This document shows, one piece after another, positions 62,801 to 64,000 of a DNA stretch of 64,000 bases. This DNA is from Mustelus asterias (Eukaryota): the NCBI RefSeq assembly GCF_964213995.1, contig NC_135816.1:47430001-47494000 (forward strand), read 5' to 3'. The translations under genes and the position numbers were made by a program. Each line of letters begins with the position of its first letter. The stretch's first letter is position 1. The notes under the pieces were generated by a model. The model was given only the letters and a program-made list of their open reading frames with translations, was not told the DNA's origin and searched no databases.

Positions 62801-63819
62801 CAAGTGTTGCGGAGGATGGGTCTGGCCACATTGCCGCGGAACGCTCCAAGTAGTTGGACCGTACCGCAGCACCTGTCCTTCGTGGAGAAATTCTTCCGGA
62901 AACACACCCTTGACCACATGGCTATCAAGCAGTGGTCAGCACGTAATGTCCTTGAGGCCCTGAGAGAAAAGGAGACGGCAGATCCTGTCGGATGGTTCCC
63001 TGAGCGGACTGTCAATGTCATTTGGCAGAACGCCTCATCACCAGAACTCACAAACAAGCACCAAGACCTGGCTTGGCTGGTGGTGAGAAGGGCACTCCCC
63101 GTCAGATCCTTTATGCACGCCCGGGGTCTCAACCTCACCGCACGCTGCCCTCGAAGCGGCTGCGGGGCTGATGAGACGGTCGCACACCTCCTTGTGGAAT
63201 GTGCCTTTGCAAAGAAGGTCTGGAACGAGATGCAGTGGTATTTGTCGCGGTTCGTCCCGGGCAGCTCGGTGACGCAGGACTCTGTGCTCTACGGGCTGTT
63301 TCCGGGGACGCACACCGAGACAAATATCAACCGCTGCTGGAGGGTCATCAACTCGGTGAAGGACGCGCTTTGGTCCGCCCGAAACTTGCTGATCTTCCAG
63401 CTGAAAGAATTGTCCTCGACCGAGCGTTGCAGACTGGCACATTCCAAGGTCCAGGACTACGTGCTCAGGGACGCGCTCAAGCTTGGGGCAGCCGCCGCCA
63501 AGGCACAATGGGGAAAAGCCACCGTGTAAAGCGTCTCAACCGAGGCAGATCGAGGGCCGGGTAACTGCAGAATACCCTCGGCCTGCGTAACTGTGTGCCA
63601 ACCTGAAAAATAACAGCACACAGAAAACTCTGACACATGTATATAGTTTTAAGAAATGAAATGTAACGGAATGTAATGTTTTTTGTAAATGAGCACGGTA
63701 TTGGACGGTAAAAATGATTCTTTTTTCCACTGTTTATGACTTTTGGATCTGTAATTTTACAATGTTTTATTGGAGAGTTTTTTTTTGTGTGAATAAAGTA
63801 TATTTTTGAAATTAAAAAA
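59867..63819 (+). mobile_element. 5'-truncated Tx1/L1-clade non-LTR retrotransposon with 15-bp TSD
   Basis: TSD AACACAACAGATTTG at 59852-59866 and 63820-63834; ORF1 C-terminal remnant ending 60082; ORF2 60121-63529; AATAAA 63792-63797 and a short A tail. Confidence 0.95.
60121..63529 (+). pseudogene. Disrupted Tx1-type ORF2 (APE endonuclease, RT, CCHC knuckle), approx. 1135 aa if repaired
   Basis: APE motifs SLNVRS, LQE, NVYAP, GGDFN, SRIDF, SDH; RT motifs KTPGSDG, NWRPISLLNVDYKI, LDQEKAFD, GVRQGCPLS, YMDD (62198-62209); C-x4-C-x7-H-x4-C knuckle; lesions are +1 G in a G8 run at 60350-60357, TAA at 61331 and TAG at 62300. Confidence 0.95.
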
Positions 63820-64000
63820 AACACAACAGATTTGCTCTCAGTGCTTGATCCATGCATGTTATACATGCAGTCTTTTCCTTCAATTGGGCCTATTTTAACC
63901 AACCCAACATTAGCAAATCTCCTCAGTTCCATAAAGCCCTTCAATCTCTGCTCTACATAATCCAGCAGTGCATCCAGACTTTCCACAATGAAGGGAGCAA

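Noticed and set aside
60174-63564. Many alternative-frame and antisense ORFs within the Tx1 element
   Set aside because: Expected shadows of a GC-rich coding sequence, with no independent evidence.

Overview
Eukaryotic genomic DNA, almost certainly from a cartilaginous fish (shark-type HE1-like tRNA SINEs and CR1 LINEs throughout; inferred from recalled repeat families, not from a database search). Four spliced genes can be rebuilt by hand with GT-AG junctions and consistent phases. They are clathrin light chain B (CLTB, +, exons 2-6 including the 54-nt neuronal cassette exon; exon 1 is outside the window), HIGD2A (-, 2 exons, 105 aa), NOP16 (+, 5 exons, 176 aa) and ARL10 (-, 4 exons, 219 aa), in the same order and orientation as human 5q35.2. 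The rest is largely nested repeats: many CR1 fragments, several SINE types, two solo LTRs, a 1.1-kb TIR element with a 3-bp TSD and G-run-rich interior plus related ~130-bp MITEs, and a young 5'-truncated Tx1/L1-clade LINE with a 15-bp TSD and a nearly intact ORF2. The most striking unexplained structure is a 10-copy ~54-bp minisatellite filling most of the HIGD2A/NOP16 bidirectional promoter. Each unit carries a PBX-PREP/MEIS-type (T/G)(G/A)ATTGACAG site, and most also carry an Sp1-type GC box. Most other ORFs in the supplied track are repeat-derived or chance. Repeat boundaries are approximate unless a TSD is cited.
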